A DNA stretch of 64,000 nucleotides from an uncultured Nitrososphaerota archaeon (lineage in GTDB: Archaea; Thermoproteota; EX4484-205; JAAOZP01), in the NCBI GenBank assembly GCA_964416155.1, contig CAYQCW010000003.1, positions 1 to 64,000 of the forward strand, written 5' to 3'. Shown one piece after another: positions 27,286 through 37,478 of the stretch (position 1 is its first letter; every line of letters begins with the position of its first letter). The notes under the pieces were generated by a model, which saw only the letters and a list, made by a program, of their open reading frames with translations, was not told the DNA's origin and ran no database searches. Made by a program: the position numbers and the translations under genes.

Positions 27286-27936
27286 ATGTCAGCCCGGCGG
27301 AAAGCGATTTTCTACAGGAGGGTTCTCGAGTTCGGGAAGCTACACCAGAAGATCGACGATTTCCTAAGGGAGTATTTGAAAGAAGCCGGTTATAATGGTG
27401 TTAAGCTGATGAATGTACCAATGGGCCTAGTGGTAACAATATACACTAGTAAGCCGGGTGCCGTGATAGGGCCGGATGGGAGGAGTATACGGGAGCTTCA
27501 AAACGCCCTCCAGAAGAATTTTGGGCTTGAGAACCCTCAGGTTAACGTGGCTGAGGTTGAGAACCCTGATCTTGAGCCCCAGCTGGTTGCGCAAATGATA
27601 TGCAGGGCTTTGGAGCGGGGTGTTAAGTACCGTAGGGCTGCTAGGGTTGCTCTACGCCGGATAGTTGCAGCGGGGGCCGTCGGGTGCGAAATAAGGATAG
27701 CCGGTAAGCTGGCGACTGACAGGAGCAGGTTTGAAAAGTTTACATACGGCTATCTGCCTGCAGCGGGAGACCCTGCTATGGAACATGTTAAAACCGGGAA
27801 GGCGAGCGTTCTTTTGCCGCAGGGCCTGATAGGGGTTAAGACAAAGATTCTCCGTAAAGCATCCTTCCCGGATGAGGTTCAGATGATAGAGGCTCCGAAG
27901 GAGGTCAGTGGGGTTGGCGAGGCTAAAGGCGAGTGA
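27286..27936 (+). CDS. rps3: 30S ribosomal protein uS3
   Basis: KPGAVIG KH domain, GAVGCEIRIAGKL; start at ATG 27286. Confidence 0.96.
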   Translation: MSARRKAIFYRRVLEFGKLHQKIDDFLREYLKEAGYNGVKLMNVPMGLVVTIYTSKPGAVIGPDGRSIRELQNALQKNFGLENPQVNVAEVENPDLEPQLVAQMICRALERGVKYRRAARVALRRIVAAGAVGCEIRIAGKLATDRSRFEKFTYGYLPAAGDPAMEHVKTGKASVLLPQGLIGVKTKILRKASFPDEVQMIEAPKEVSGVGEAKGE

Positions 27937-28126
27937 AATAAGGTCGATGTCTAGAGAGGAACGGCTTAAGAGGCTCCAGGAGCTTAGGAGCGAGCTTATG
28001 CTGGTGAGGATGAGGACTGCTTCAGGGCTGGAGGAGAACACTAGGATGGTTAGAGAGCTGAAGCGCGCGATCGCGAGAATACTTACTGTTGAGAAGGAGG
28101 AGGGGGCAAGTGAGGACTCCAGGTAA
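27908..28126 (+). CDS. rpl29: 50S ribosomal protein uL29
   Basis: EIRSMSREER...KRAIARILT. Confidence 0.93.
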   Translation: MGLARLKASEIRSMSREERLKRLQELRSELMLVRMRTASGLEENTRMVRELKRAIARILTVEKEEGASEDSR

Positions 28127-28379
28127 CCTTGCTTACCATGAGCTGAATGGTCTGCAGGTTAGGGTCGTGGATTTGAGCAGCGGCTCCACCGTTGCCTCAG
28201 GAAGGGTTGCCTGGGAGACGAAGAATACTTTCACTATAATATCTGGAAGAGGCAGGCGTCTGACGATACCTAAGCATAATAAGAGGTTCTTTTTCAAACT
28301 TAGCGGCACGGTGGTTGCTATTAATGGGGACTCGATTGTTTTCAGGCCCGAGGAAAGAACTGGTAGGGTTGACCCATGA
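28110..28379 (+). CDS. rnp1: Ribonuclease P protein subunit Rpp29
   Basis: HELNGLQVRV, GRVAWETKNT, IPK, RPEER. Confidence 0.9.
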   Translation: MRTPGNLAYHELNGLQVRVVDLSSGSTVASGRVAWETKNTFTIISGRGRRLTIPKHNKRFFFKLSGTVVAINGDSIVFRPEERTGRVDP

Positions 28380-28699
28380 GTTTTCTCAAGGATTATAAAG
28401 TTTCTCCTCCTGAGACCAAGTGCAGCGACAAGAAGTGTCCGTTCCACGGCGACGTGAGGATTAGGGGGAGTGTTTTCGAGGGTGTTGTTGTCTCCGACAG
28501 GATGAGGAACACGGTGATTGTCATGAGGGAGTATCTCCACTATGTTCCGAAGTATAAGCGTTACATGAAGAAGAGAAGCAGAATACCTTCTCATAATCCT
28601 CCATGCATCGCTGCGAGGACGGGGGATAGAGTTATGATAGGTGAGAGCATGCCTTTAAGCAAAACCGTGCACTTCGTGGTGCTGGGCAAGGTGAAGTAG
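28376..28699 (+). CDS. rps17: 30S ribosomal protein uS17
   Basis: CSDKKCPFHG, PKYKRY, PLSKT. Confidence 0.96.
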   Translation: MSFLKDYKVSPPETKCSDKKCPFHGDVRIRGSVFEGVVVSDRMRNTVIVMREYLHYVPKYKRYMKKRSRIPSHNPPCIAARTGDRVMIGESMPLSKTVHFVVLGKVK

Positions 28700-28700
28700 C

Positions 28701-29138
28701 ATGGCTGTGAAGAAATCCAGAGCGGTTTCCGCAAGAGGTATCTTAGAGTATAGACTAAGGGGGTCCAGAGGTCTTCCCGTTGGTGCGAACCTTGTCTGTG
28801 CGGACAACTCTGGCGCTAAGCTTCTCAGGATTGTTCAAGTGGCTAAGTCTGGGGGACGGCTTAGGCGTTTACCATCAGCTAAGGTTGGCGACCTGGTTAC
28901 GGTCTCTGTTAAAAAGGGGACTCCTGACCTTAAGAACAAGCTTATGAAGGCGATAATAGTCAGGCAGCGTTTCCCGATTCGGAGGAGAGACGGGTTAAGG
29001 GTTGTTTTCGAGGATAATGCTGCTGTGCTTATGACGCCTGAAGGAGACCTGAAGGGTACAGAGGTTAAGGGCCCGGTTGCAAAGGAGGCTGTGGACCTGT
29101 GGCCTAAGCTTTCAGCACTAGCTTCATCGGTGGTGTAG
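28701..29138 (+). CDS. rpl14: 50S ribosomal protein uL14
   Basis: CADNSGAK, FEDNAAV, KGPVAKE. Confidence 0.96.
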   Translation: MAVKKSRAVSARGILEYRLRGSRGLPVGANLVCADNSGAKLLRIVQVAKSGGRLRRLPSAKVGDLVTVSVKKGTPDLKNKLMKAIIVRQRFPIRRRDGLRVVFEDNAAVLMTPEGDLKGTEVKGPVAKEAVDLWPKLSALASSVV

Positions 29139-29144
29139 TGGAGA

Positions 29145-29492
29145 ATGAACGAGAAACACTTGGCATACAGGTCTTCCTCTGTTCACCTGAGTCGTGAGCT
29201 TAGGGGTAAGTATGGTTTCAGAAGCCTGCGTGTTAGAGCTGGAGACAGGGTCCTGATAATCAGGGGGGACTATAAGGGTGTTGAGGGTGATGTGAATAGG
29301 GTTGACAGGGTGAGGAGCCGTGTCTACGTTTCAGGAGTATACCGTGAAAATGCTCGCGGCGAGCAGCGCTTAATACCCATACCGTTAAGCTCAGTAATAC
29401 TCGTGAAGATTGAAGACAAGGATGAGTGGAGGCGGCGCACGATAGAGAGGAAGCGTAGACAAGTTAAGGGGGAGTCGAAAAATGGCTCGTAA
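29145..29492 (+). CDS. rpl24: 50S ribosomal protein uL24
   Basis: LSRELRGKYG, GDRVLIIRGDYKG. Confidence 0.93.
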   Translation: MNEKHLAYRSSSVHLSRELRGKYGFRSLRVRAGDRVLIIRGDYKGVEGDVNRVDRVRSRVYVSGVYRENARGEQRLIPIPLSSVILVKIEDKDEWRRRTIERKRRQVKGESKNGS

Positions 29493-30204
29493 AGGAGGCT
29501 CTAAGAGTTTAAAGAGGTATGCTGCGCCGCCTGTCATGCAGGTTTCCAGCGTTAAGGAGAAGAAGTTCGCCACCAGACCAGAGCCTGGTCCACACCATCT
29601 CGAAATGTCCCTACCGTTACAGGTTCTCGTCAGAGACATTTTGAAAATGGCTGAGACAGGTAGGGAGGCGAAGTATGTGATAAGCCATTCAATGGTTCTC
29701 GTAGACGGGGTTGTGAGGACTTCCCACAAGTTTCCAGTCGGCCTTATGGATGTTGTCAGCGTGAAAGAGCCGGGTAAACACTATCGGGTCCTCGTTAACG
29801 AGAAGGGTAGGCTTATCCCGATTGAAATCCCGCAGGAGGAGGCTTCCATGAAGATATGCAGGATTAACAATAAGTATCTTTACAGGGGTAGGCTGAGGCT
29901 TGCAACCGAAGATGGGCGAACCTTTGAAACGGAAGACTGGTCTCTGAACGTAGGAGGCTCGCTTCTTGTAAAGGTTCCGGAAGGAACTATTCTAGACAAG
30001 GCGCCTCTCTCGGAGGGGGTTCTTGGATATGTTTTCATGGGTAAGCATACTGGTGCCATGGGTACTGTTAGAAAAATCTCTGAGTCAAGCCTGCTGAGGG
30101 ATAGTGATGTCACGCTGATCCTTGGAGACGGGAGTGAGATAAGCACGGTTAGGGATTACGTTATGGTTGTTGGGAGGGATAAACCTTGGCTGAAACTGTT
30201 CTAA
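29482..30204 (+). CDS. rps4e: 30S ribosomal protein eS4
   Basis: LKRYAAP, PGPH, FPVGLMDV. Confidence 0.95.
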   Translation: MARKGGSKSLKRYAAPPVMQVSSVKEKKFATRPEPGPHHLEMSLPLQVLVRDILKMAETGREAKYVISHSMVLVDGVVRTSHKFPVGLMDVVSVKEPGKHYRVLVNEKGRLIPIEIPQEEASMKICRINNKYLYRGRLRLATEDGRTFETEDWSLNVGGSLLVKVPEGTILDKAPLSEGVLGYVFMGKHTGAMGTVRKISESSLLRDSDVTLILGDGSEISTVRDYVMVVGRDKPWLKLF

Positions 30205-30725
30205 AGGAGAAGAGAGTACAAGGGAATCCTATGAGAAGAATAATGATTGAGAAGGTTGTGGTGAACATTTCTCCGGGGAAGCCGGGTGAACCGTTGGAGA
30301 AGGCTAAGCAAGTGTTGACGCTCCTAACCGGTATGAAGCCGGTTGAAAGAAGGGCTAGGAAAACAATAAAGGAGTTCGGCGTTAGGAGGCGTGAAGCCAT
30401 TGCTGCAATAGTGACCCTCAGAGGAAGTAGGGCTGAGGAGTTTCTCGAGAGGGCTTTCACCGCCGTCGGCAAAAAGGTGAAAGCATCCAGCTTCCAGAAC
30501 GGGGTCTTCAGCTTCGGCGTAAAAGAGCATATTCAGTTTCCAGGGGTTAAGTATGATCCTAAGATAGGTGTGCTAGGTATGGATATATGTGTTAAGCTTT
30601 GTAGGCCAGGGTTCCGTGTGATTTACAGGAGGCGCCTGAGAAGCGCCGTGGGCAGGTCTCACAGGATAACTAAGGAGGAGGCGATTAACTTTATGAGCAG
30701 GCGGTTTGGCCTGGAGGTTGTCTGA
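30186..30725 (+). CDS. rpl5: 50S ribosomal protein uL5
   Basis: [26 protein letters not shown]. Confidence 0.96.
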   Translation: MAETVLKEKRVQGNPMRRIMIEKVVVNISPGKPGEPLEKAKQVLTLLTGMKPVERRARKTIKEFGVRRREAIAAIVTLRGSRAEEFLERAFTAVGKKVKASSFQNGVFSFGVKEHIQFPGVKYDPKIGVLGMDICVKLCRPGFRVIYRRRLRSAVGRSHRITKEEAINFMSRRFGLEVV

Positions 30726-30726
30726 A

Positions 30727-30888
30727 ATGGCTCGTCAAACCCCTAAGAAGAGGGCATTCGGCAAGGGCTCTAGGCCCTGCGTGAGGTGCGGCTCATACGG
30801 GCCGATAATCAGACAGTATGGCTTGAACTATTGTAGACATTGTTTCAGAGAGGTTGCCCCCCTATTGGGCTTCAAGAAGTATAATTAG
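30727..30888 (+). CDS. rps14: 30S ribosomal protein uS14 (Zn-binding)
   Basis: CVRCG...[12 protein letters not shown]. Confidence 0.95.
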   Translation: MARQTPKKRAFGKGSRPCVRCGSYGPIIRQYGLNYCRHCFREVAPLLGFKKYN

Positions 30889-30900
30889 GGTGTTGAATGA

Positions 30901-31293
30901 ATGACTCTTAATGATCCTTTGGCAAACGCGTTAACAGCTCTTCAAAACGCTGACCTACGGAGGAAGAGGGGGTGCGTAATCTCTCCTGCTTCAAACCTTA
31001 TAGGCCACGTGTTGAAGATACTTCAGCAATCCGGATACATAGGCGAGTTTGAGTTTATAGATGACGGTAAGGCGGGCTTCTTCAGGGTTCAGCTTGTAGG
31101 GAGGATTAACAAGTGTAGGGCAATTAAGCCAAGGTTCCCAGCATCCTACCGGGATATTGAGAAGTTTGAGAAAATGTTTCTCCCGGCTTACAACGTTGGG
31201 CTTCTAATCGTTTCAACACCCCAAGGCTTAATGACGCATTCGGAGGCTAAGACTAGGAAGGTCGGAGGAAGGTTGATTGCGTATGTCTACTAG
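30901..31293 (+). CDS. rps8: 30S ribosomal protein uS8
   Basis: [23 protein letters not shown]. Confidence 0.96.
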   Translation: MTLNDPLANALTALQNADLRRKRGCVISPASNLIGHVLKILQQSGYIGEFEFIDDGKAGFFRVQLVGRINKCRAIKPRFPASYRDIEKFEKMFLPAYNVGLLIVSTPQGLMTHSEAKTRKVGGRLIAYVY

Positions 31294-31852
31294 CTCTCTC
31301 GAGACAGCTGCGCATGTTGCAACCGTAGAAATCCCTGACGGTGTGAAAATCAGCCTGCAGTATTCAACAGTCAATGTTGAAGGGCCTCTTGGGAAGCTTA
31401 CCAGAGACTTTTCCCACACGGGTTTGAAGCTTTCTCTGGAAGGAAACGTTCTTAACATTTTCAGCGTCAACAAAGGTAAGAGGTTTAAGGCGAGGGCTGG
31501 GACTGTTGCAAAACTGATTAGGAACATGATTGAAGGTGTTCTCCACGGGTACATCGTCAGGCTGAAGGTTGTCTACTCTCATTTTCCTGTCACGGTTAAG
31601 TATGACAAGTCTACTGGAACAGTTTCCATACATAACTTCATGGGTGAGAAGTCTCCAAGGCTCTTCAAAATACCTTTTCCAATCGTTGACATTCAGGTTT
31701 CAGGTCAAGACATCACCATCACAGGATTGGACAAGAACGAGGTCACTCAGGTTGCAGCAATGTTCGAATTAGCCACCAAGATTAAGGATAAGGATCCAAA
31801 GGTCTACGTTGACGGCATATATATTGTGGAGAAAGGATTATGGAGGAAGTGA
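31283..31852 (+). CDS. rpl6: 50S ribosomal protein uL6
   Basis: [22 protein letters not shown]. Confidence 0.95.
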   Translation: MSTSSLETAAHVATVEIPDGVKISLQYSTVNVEGPLGKLTRDFSHTGLKLSLEGNVLNIFSVNKGKRFKARAGTVAKLIRNMIEGVLHGYIVRLKVVYSHFPVTVKYDKSTGTVSIHNFMGEKSPRLFKIPFPIVDIQVSGQDITITGLDKNEVTQVAAMFELATKIKDKDPKVYVDGIYIVEKGLWRK

Positions 31853-32268
31853 AGATGACTGCTGAAGCCAGGAAGCTGCTCTCTGCGAGGAGGAGGCGGA
31901 GGGAAACAAAGCCCGGGTTCGTCAGGCAGGAGAGCTGGAGGTATACTAGGCTTAGTGAAAACTGGCGTAGGCCAAGGGGGAAGGACAGTAAGATGAGGCT
32001 TAGCGTAAAGGGCTGGCCCAAGACGGTCAACATCGGTTACGGCACACTGAGGCGGGCTAGGGGCCTCCATCCTTCAGGGTTAAAACCCGTCCTAATATCC
32101 TCTGGACGCGACTTGGAGAAAGCGGGTTCTCCTGAGGGTAAGATACTGGTCTTCTCCTCTAGGCTAGGCAGAAGGAGGAGGGAGGCTCTTGCCAAGGAGG
32201 CTTCCTCCAAGGGCTTCGCCATAGCGAACTACGAGAGGAGGGTTATTGAGAAGGCTGAGGAGGGTTAG
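31840..32268 (+). CDS. rpl32e: 50S ribosomal protein eL32
   Basis: FVRQESWRY, WRRPRGKDSKMR, RGLHPSG. Confidence 0.95.
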   Translation: MEEVKMTAEARKLLSARRRRRETKPGFVRQESWRYTRLSENWRRPRGKDSKMRLSVKGWPKTVNIGYGTLRRARGLHPSGLKPVLISSGRDLEKAGSPEGKILVFSSRLGRRRREALAKEASSKGFAIANYERRVIEKAEEG

Positions 32269-32270
32269 GG

Positions 32271-32708
32271 TTGAGCATTAAGACTGTTAAGAGACTGGCT
32301 GCCGACATCCTGAAGGTCGGGGAGTCAAGAATCCTGATAGACCCGGCTAGGATTGAAGAGGTTGAGGATGCTGTCACAAGGGCTGACGTAAGGAGGCTTA
32401 TTAAAAGCGGCGTGATAAGGGAGAGGCCTCCTTCAACCCCAAGCAGGGGGAGAGCTAGGGCAAGAAACAGGAGAAGAGGCCCGGGAAGCAGGAAGGGTGC
32501 GAAGGGTGCTCGGATGACGGTTACATGGGTTGAGAAAGTGAGGGCTCAGAGAAGGCTTCTCAAACAGCTTAGGGACAGAGGGGTTGTTTCAAGAAGCCTC
32601 TACAGGAGGCTCTACCTGATGGTTAAGGGGGGTTCTTTCTCCAGCAGGAGGGTTTTGATGAACTATATAGCTACGCTTAAGGAGAAGGGGAGGCTGCTTA
32701 ATGGCTAA
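32271..32708 (+). CDS. rpl19e: 50S ribosomal protein eL19
   Basis: KRLAADILKVG, RGPGSRKG, YRRLYLMVKGG. Confidence 0.95.
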   Translation: MSIKTVKRLAADILKVGESRILIDPARIEEVEDAVTRADVRRLIKSGVIRERPPSTPSRGRARARNRRRGPGSRKGAKGARMTVTWVEKVRAQRRLLKQLRDRGVVSRSLYRRLYLMVKGGSFSSRRVLMNYIATLKEKGRLLNG

Positions 32709-33276
32709 GTCAGCATCCTACAGGGTGAAGTTTAAGCGTCGCAGGAAGGGTTTTACAGACTACTATCCGAGAACGAGGCTTCTCAAGTCGGGCCTACCCA
32801 GGGTCGTCGTAAGGGTTTCTAACAAGCATGTGCGCGTAGCTGTTGTTTCAAGCAAGCCGAGTGGAGACTTTGTTGTTGCTTCCGCCTTTTCCCGGGAGCT
32901 TAAAAGATTTGGCTGGCCCTTCAGCTTCAACAATACTCCTGCAGCCCACCTGACGGCGTACTTGGCTGGCTTAAGATGCTTGAAGAAAAATGTTTCAGAA
33001 GGGATTCTAGACGCGGGGCTTCATAAGCCGACTAGGGGCGGAAGGATATATGCTGCTTGCAGCGGGCTTCTAGACGCGGGCTTCAAGGTAAGGGTTGACC
33101 CGTCGATGCTTCCAGATAAGAGCAGAATAGCGGGGGAGCACATAGCCAGCTTTTTCAAAGAATCTGGAGGAGAAGGTTTTTCAAGATACGTAGAAGCCGG
33201 TTTGAAGGTGGAGGAGATGCCGAGGATGATGGAGGAGGTTAAAAGCAGGCTGAGGGAGGCTGTTGTAAATGGCTGA
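32701..33276 (+). CDS. rpl18: 50S ribosomal protein uL18
   Basis: RRRKGFTDY, NTPAAHLT, RIAGEHIA. Confidence 0.95.
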   Translation: MAKSASYRVKFKRRRKGFTDYYPRTRLLKSGLPRVVVRVSNKHVRVAVVSSKPSGDFVVASAFSRELKRFGWPFSFNNTPAAHLTAYLAGLRCLKKNVSEGILDAGLHKPTRGGRIYAACSGLLDAGFKVRVDPSMLPDKSRIAGEHIASFFKESGGEGFSRYVEAGLKVEEMPRMMEEVKSRLREAVVNG

Positions 33277-33928
33277 GGGTGAGGTAGGGGAGCCTGAGGA
33301 GGCAGCCAGAGAGATAACCGTCGAAACACCTTTAATAATGATGATTAAAGAGGGCAGGGTTTCATCGGTTGAAGAAGTTTTCGACATGGGTCTTAAGATA
33401 AGGGAGCCTGAGGCAATAGACCTTCTGCTTCGCAAGATAAGGGAGGAAGTCATATCGATGAGCCCTGTTCAAAAGCAGAGCGACGCTGGTGAGAAGACTC
33501 GTTTCAGAGCACTCGTGGTCGTGGGGGATGAGGACGGTCACGTCGGCATAGGCTCAGCCAAGGCTAAGCAGGTCAGGGATGCGATAGAGAAGGCTGCTAG
33601 GAAGGCTAGGCTGAACATAATACCGGTTCCTAGAGGATGCGGCTCATGGGAGTGTAAATGCGGAGAGCCCCACTCAATACCTTCTAAAACATTTGGGAAG
33701 ACTGGGAGCGTCTATATTGCTCTTTTCCCCGGGCCCAAGGGTCTCGGTCTGGTTGTTGGTGATGCTGCGAAGCCTCTTTTCAGGCTTGCCGGAATAAGGG
33801 ACGTGTGGTCTAAGACTAAGGGCTCAACCTCCACCAGCCACTCATTCGTAACCGCTGCCTACTTTGCTCTGAAAAGGCTTTACACGACTAGTTTTCTGGC
33901 TTCGGAGGCTGCTCGTGTTGAAGGCTGA
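33269..33928 (+). CDS. rps5: 30S ribosomal protein uS5
   Basis: QKQSDAGEKTRF, RGCGSWEC. Confidence 0.95.
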   Translation: MAEGEVGEPEEAAREITVETPLIMMIKEGRVSSVEEVFDMGLKIREPEAIDLLLRKIREEVISMSPVQKQSDAGEKTRFRALVVVGDEDGHVGIGSAKAKQVRDAIEKAARKARLNIIPVPRGCGSWECKCGEPHSIPSKTFGKTGSVYIALFPGPKGLGLVVGDAAKPLFRLAGIRDVWSKTKGSTSTSHSFVTAAYFALKRLYTTSFLASEAARVEG

Positions 33929-34409
33929 GGAAAACCTTCCGCCGCTAGCAGTAGTCGTCAGGGTAAGGGGTTCCGTTAACGTTACTAGAGATGTTTCGGC
34001 TACGCTGAGGAAGTTTAGGCTTCTCAGGGTGAACTCGTCTACGCTCGTCAGGCTAACTCCTTCGGTTGAAGGCATGTTGAGAAAAGCGAAGGACTATGTT
34101 TTCTGGGGAAGGGTGGATAAAAACATGCTTCACCTACTGCTGTTGAAAAGAGGCAGGCTTCCGGGAAACAGGCGTTTAAGCGATGAAAATGTTTTAAAAT
34201 ACACTGGGTACGGGACGCTGGATGAACTGGTTGAAGCAGTCTGGCTGAGCAGCTCCCCGGCTGAAGCCATTAAGCCTGTTAAGCCTGTTTTCAGGCTAAC
34301 TCCGCCCAAAGGCGGGTTTAAGAGAAGCATTAAGAAGCCTGTTAAGAAGGGCGGTATACTGGGCGACTGGGGCGACAGAGTAGGCTGGATTCTGCGGAGA
34401 ATGATATAG
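33915..34409 (+). CDS. rpl30: 50S ribosomal protein uL30
   Basis: AVVVRVRG, KPVFRLTPPKGG. Confidence 0.94.
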   Translation: MLKAEENLPPLAVVVRVRGSVNVTRDVSATLRKFRLLRVNSSTLVRLTPSVEGMLRKAKDYVFWGRVDKNMLHLLLLKRGRLPGNRRLSDENVLKYTGYGTLDELVEAVWLSSSPAEAIKPVKPVFRLTPPKGGFKRSIKKPVKKGGILGDWGDRVGWILRRMI

Positions 34410-34525
34410 AAGTCTTTTTAAACCCCCTTGATCAGCAGGGGCCTAGGGTGGAAAACCGGTTTAAGACTTACATTGGGCCCAACGGTAAGGGTTAAAAAGT
34501 CCAGAATGCTCTTCTCGCGGAGAAG

Positions 34526-34942
34526 TTGCCGACTAGGTTGAGAAAAGTGAGGAAGATGCGGGGCAGCAGAACCCACGGCTGGGGCCAGGTAGGCCAGCAC
34601 CGTAAATCAGGATCGCGAGGTGGTGTTGGCAGGGCTGGCAGCATGGGGCACAAGTTTCTAGCGTTCTACAAGGAAGAGAAGGAGAAGGGTTTCATAAGGA
34701 AGGTTCCAAGGGTTGAAGGGGAAAAGATAAACGTCGGGGAGCTGGATGAGCTTTACAGGAGGACATGCCAGGCTTCAGAGAGTGAGAAAACACTGGATCT
34801 CGCTGCGCTAGGCTATTCTAAGCTTCTGGGTTCAGGGAGCGTTTCCAAGGCTTACGTGGTTAAGGTTGCCTCCTACAGCGAGAAGGCGAGGATGAAGATA
34901 GAGGCTAAGGGCGGCAGGATTGTTAAGCTTGGTGAATTCTGA
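34526..34942 (+). CDS. rpl15: 50S ribosomal protein uL15
   Basis: RGSRTHGWG, KLLGSG. Confidence 0.95.
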   Translation: MPTRLRKVRKMRGSRTHGWGQVGQHRKSGSRGGVGRAGSMGHKFLAFYKEEKEKGFIRKVPRVEGEKINVGELDELYRRTCQASESEKTLDLAALGYSKLLGSGSVSKAYVVKVASYSEKARMKIEAKGGRIVKLGEF

Positions 34943-36348
34943 TGGGCTTCCTAGAGGCCATGGAGAGTATTGAGCCGTATGTTCCCCAGATAGAGGCGCC
35001 GACGAGGAAGGTCGGCTTCACCAATAGGCTGATATGGACAGGGCTTATCCTAGCACTCTACTTGGTGATGGGATATATTCCTCTCTATGGGGTTGCAACC
35101 CAAGGGGCTGACCCTTGGGCGTCGTACAGGATCATAATAGGGGGGCAGCAGGGTTCACTCCTCCACCTTGGCATCGGGCCGCTTGTGACAGGAAGCCTCG
35201 TGGTGCAGCTTTTAGCGGGCTCCGGCTTAATCAGGTTCGACCCCGGTTCAGAGTATGACAGAAGGATGCTGCAGGTTGTCACGAAGCTGGCTACCCTGCT
35301 GCTAATCCTTTTCTCAGCTGGCTCGACTGTTTTCAGCGGGTCACTGGGGGCACTGAGTCTGCATGCTCAAATCATAGCTATGGCGCAGCTTTCAGTAGCC
35401 TCAGTTCTCCTTCTCTTCTTGGACGAGACTCTTCAAAAAGGCTGGGGGCTAGGCAGCGGAATAAGCCTGTTCATCCTCGCCGGTGTCGCTAAGGAGATAT
35501 GGCTGGGCTGCTTAAACCCTCTTCCGGCACCCGACGGCTACATGTGGGGTGTGCTGCTCTTCTTCTTCCAAAAGGCTTTCTCTCTTCAAAGCCCTCTGGC
35601 AGACTTTTTCTATAGGGGTGCTCCCGCGGTTCCCACGCTTTTCCAGCTGACTGTAACCGTGGTCTTCATACTTGTGCTCATCTACCTTGAAAACGTTAGG
35701 ATTAACGTTCCGATTTCCCACGGCCGTTTCAGGGGCTTCTCAAGAGGCTTCCCAATCAGGCTGCTTTATGTTTCGAACATACCGGTCATTCTTGCGGCTG
35801 CAGTCTTTTCAAACATACAGCTGATGGCTAACTTTGCGAGTGGAACCTGGCTGGCTAACACTCCTGTGGCTGACTTCATAGGCAGGGTTGAAGTGGTTAA
35901 CAACACGTATGTTCCTGTTTCAGGCTTAGCCTGGCTGGTGAATCCTCCGAGGGGCATCACGCATGTTGCTGCGGAGCCTCTTCACGCAGTAGGCTACGTG
36001 CTGTTGCTCACCCTCCTAAGTCTAGGCTTGTCAATGGTTTGGCTCTCTGTTTCAGGCATGGACGCTAAATCGGTTTCCTCGCAGCTGGTTGATTCAGACG
36101 TTTTTCTAAGAGGCTTCAGATCTACTCCTGGAGTAATCGAGAGTAAAATAGCCCCCTACATAAACACGGTTGCGCTCCTAGGTGGTTTATCGATTGGACT
36201 TATCGCCGGCGTTGGGGATGTGCTCGCCGTCATAGGCGGGGGAATGGGTGTCCTGCTGGCGGTAGACATAATTCAGCAGTACTACCAGTTAATAATGGAG
36301 GAAACTATTGAAACCCATCCTGGCCTGCTTAGAGTGCTGGGTGAATAG
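34942..36348 (+). CDS. secY: Protein translocase subunit SecY
   Basis: LLHLGIGPLVT, GWGLGSGISLFI, LLYVSNIPVIL; multiple TM helices. Confidence 0.96.
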   Translation: MGFLEAMESIEPYVPQIEAPTRKVGFTNRLIWTGLILALYLVMGYIPLYGVATQGADPWASYRIIIGGQQGSLLHLGIGPLVTGSLVVQLLAGSGLIRFDPGSEYDRRMLQVVTKLATLLLILFSAGSTVFSGSLGALSLHAQIIAMAQLSVASVLLLFLDETLQKGWGLGSGISLFILAGVAKEIWLGCLNPLPAPDGYMWGVLLFFFQKAFSLQSPLADFFYRGAPAVPTLFQLTVTVVFILVLIYLENVRINVPISHGRFRGFSRGFPIRLLYVSNIPVILAAAVFSNIQLMANFASGTWLANTPVADFIGRVEVVNNTYVPVSGLAWLVNPPRGITHVAAEPLHAVGYVLLLTLLSLGLSMVWLSVSGMDAKSVSSQLVDSDVFLRGFRSTPGVIESKIAPYINTVALLGGLSIGLIAGVGDVLAVIGGGMGVLLAVDIIQQYYQLIMEETIETHPGLLRVLGE

Positions 36349-36448
36349 CCAGAAACATTTATTTAACATCTTTTTTTCCGATGATTAAGCATGACGCGTA
36401 GTGTTGAGCAGCCGAATGCGAATGGTTTAAACCCGTTTACCGCGGAGG

Positions 36449-36907
36449 ATGATGCGATTGTCTGCTAGCGGAGTACTCACGGTAACGCTGGTCTCAGCAG
36501 CCGTCTCGCTCCTAGGCCACTTGGTTTTGAAATTCGTCCTCCACCCTGAAAGGATAAGGTTGAAGACTGAGGAGTTGAAAGCATACAGATTGGAGCGTAC
36601 TGCCGCAATCAAGCTTAAGGACCAGAAGCTTCTTAAAAAGCTCGACAAGCAGAAGGTCTACATGTCTCAAGTCGAGCAAGAGGTCTCCTCATTCCAGCTT
36701 AAAACAATGCTCGTGAACATGGGCATCATGCTTTCAGCATTCTACTTTCTATGGTTCACACTACCTATGGGGGATGTAGCCGGCCGTTTCTCAGCATCGC
36801 TACATGGTGGAAACGAGGAGATACAGTTGAACTACGGCTTCTGGTACTTCATATCCCTTTCATTCTTCCTGCAGGTCTTCAGGAAAGCGTTTGGGGTGAG
36901 TGGCTGA
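36449..36907 (+). CDS. DUF106/EMC3/TMCO1 (Oxa1-superfamily) membrane protein
   Basis: TM, coiled coil, TM layout with WYFISL motif; canonical position after secY. Confidence 0.8.
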   Translation: MMRLSASGVLTVTLVSAAVSLLGHLVLKFVLHPERIRLKTEELKAYRLERTAAIKLKDQKLLKKLDKQKVYMSQVEQEVSSFQLKTMLVNMGIMLSAFYFLWFTLPMGDVAGRFSASLHGGNEEIQLNYGFWYFISLSFFLQVFRKAFGVSG

Positions 36908-37472
36908 GATGGCTGGGTTGAAGCGGTCGAGAAACCCGATAATAATAATAACTGGTCTACACGGGGTCGGGAAATCGACTTTTGCAGCTCCTCTTGCGAG
37001 GGAGTTCAACCTTAGATATGTTTCAACAGGCTCAGTGTTCCGTTCAATAGCTGAGAAGAAGGGGTTGACTCTTGCCCAGCTCTCAGAGCTCTGTAAGAAA
37101 TCACCCGATTTCGACAGGGAGATAGACAGCGTCACTCTCTCACTGCTTGACTCCGGTGGGGTTGTTCTAGACAGTCTTCTCGCAGGATGGTTCGCCAGGA
37201 ATGTCGAATCCTTCAAAATATATTTGAAGGCTCCTTTCGAAGAAAGGTGCAGGAGGATCGCTGCCAGAGAGAAACGGCCTTTTGAAGAAGTAGTTTCTGA
37301 AACACTTACTAGAGAGGATTCTGAGAGGAAAAGGTTTGTTGAGTACTATGGGTTTAACATCGATGATTTAAGCATCTACGACATCGTTATCGACACTGGG
37401 AGTCTTTCCCAAGAATCAGTCGATAGAATACTTAAGTTAGCCGTGTCAACCTATTTGAAGGAGAAATGGTGA
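36900..37472 (+). CDS. cmk: Cytidylate kinase
   Basis: ITGLHGVGKST, STGSVFR, FDREID, DLSIYD. Confidence 0.9.
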   Translation: MAEMAGLKRSRNPIIIITGLHGVGKSTFAAPLAREFNLRYVSTGSVFRSIAEKKGLTLAQLSELCKKSPDFDREIDSVTLSLLDSGGVVLDSLLAGWFARNVESFKIYLKAPFEERCRRIAAREKRPFEEVVSETLTREDSERKRFVEYYGFNIDDLSIYDIVIDTGSLSQESVDRILKLAVSTYLKEKW

Positions 37473-37478
37473 TGGGAA

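Noticed and set aside
34410-34525. Hairpin CCCCTTG-ATCAG-CAGGGG between rpl30 and rpl15 as an ncRNA
   Set aside because: Short, with no box C/D or ACA features I can support; compatible with a terminator/promoter spacer.
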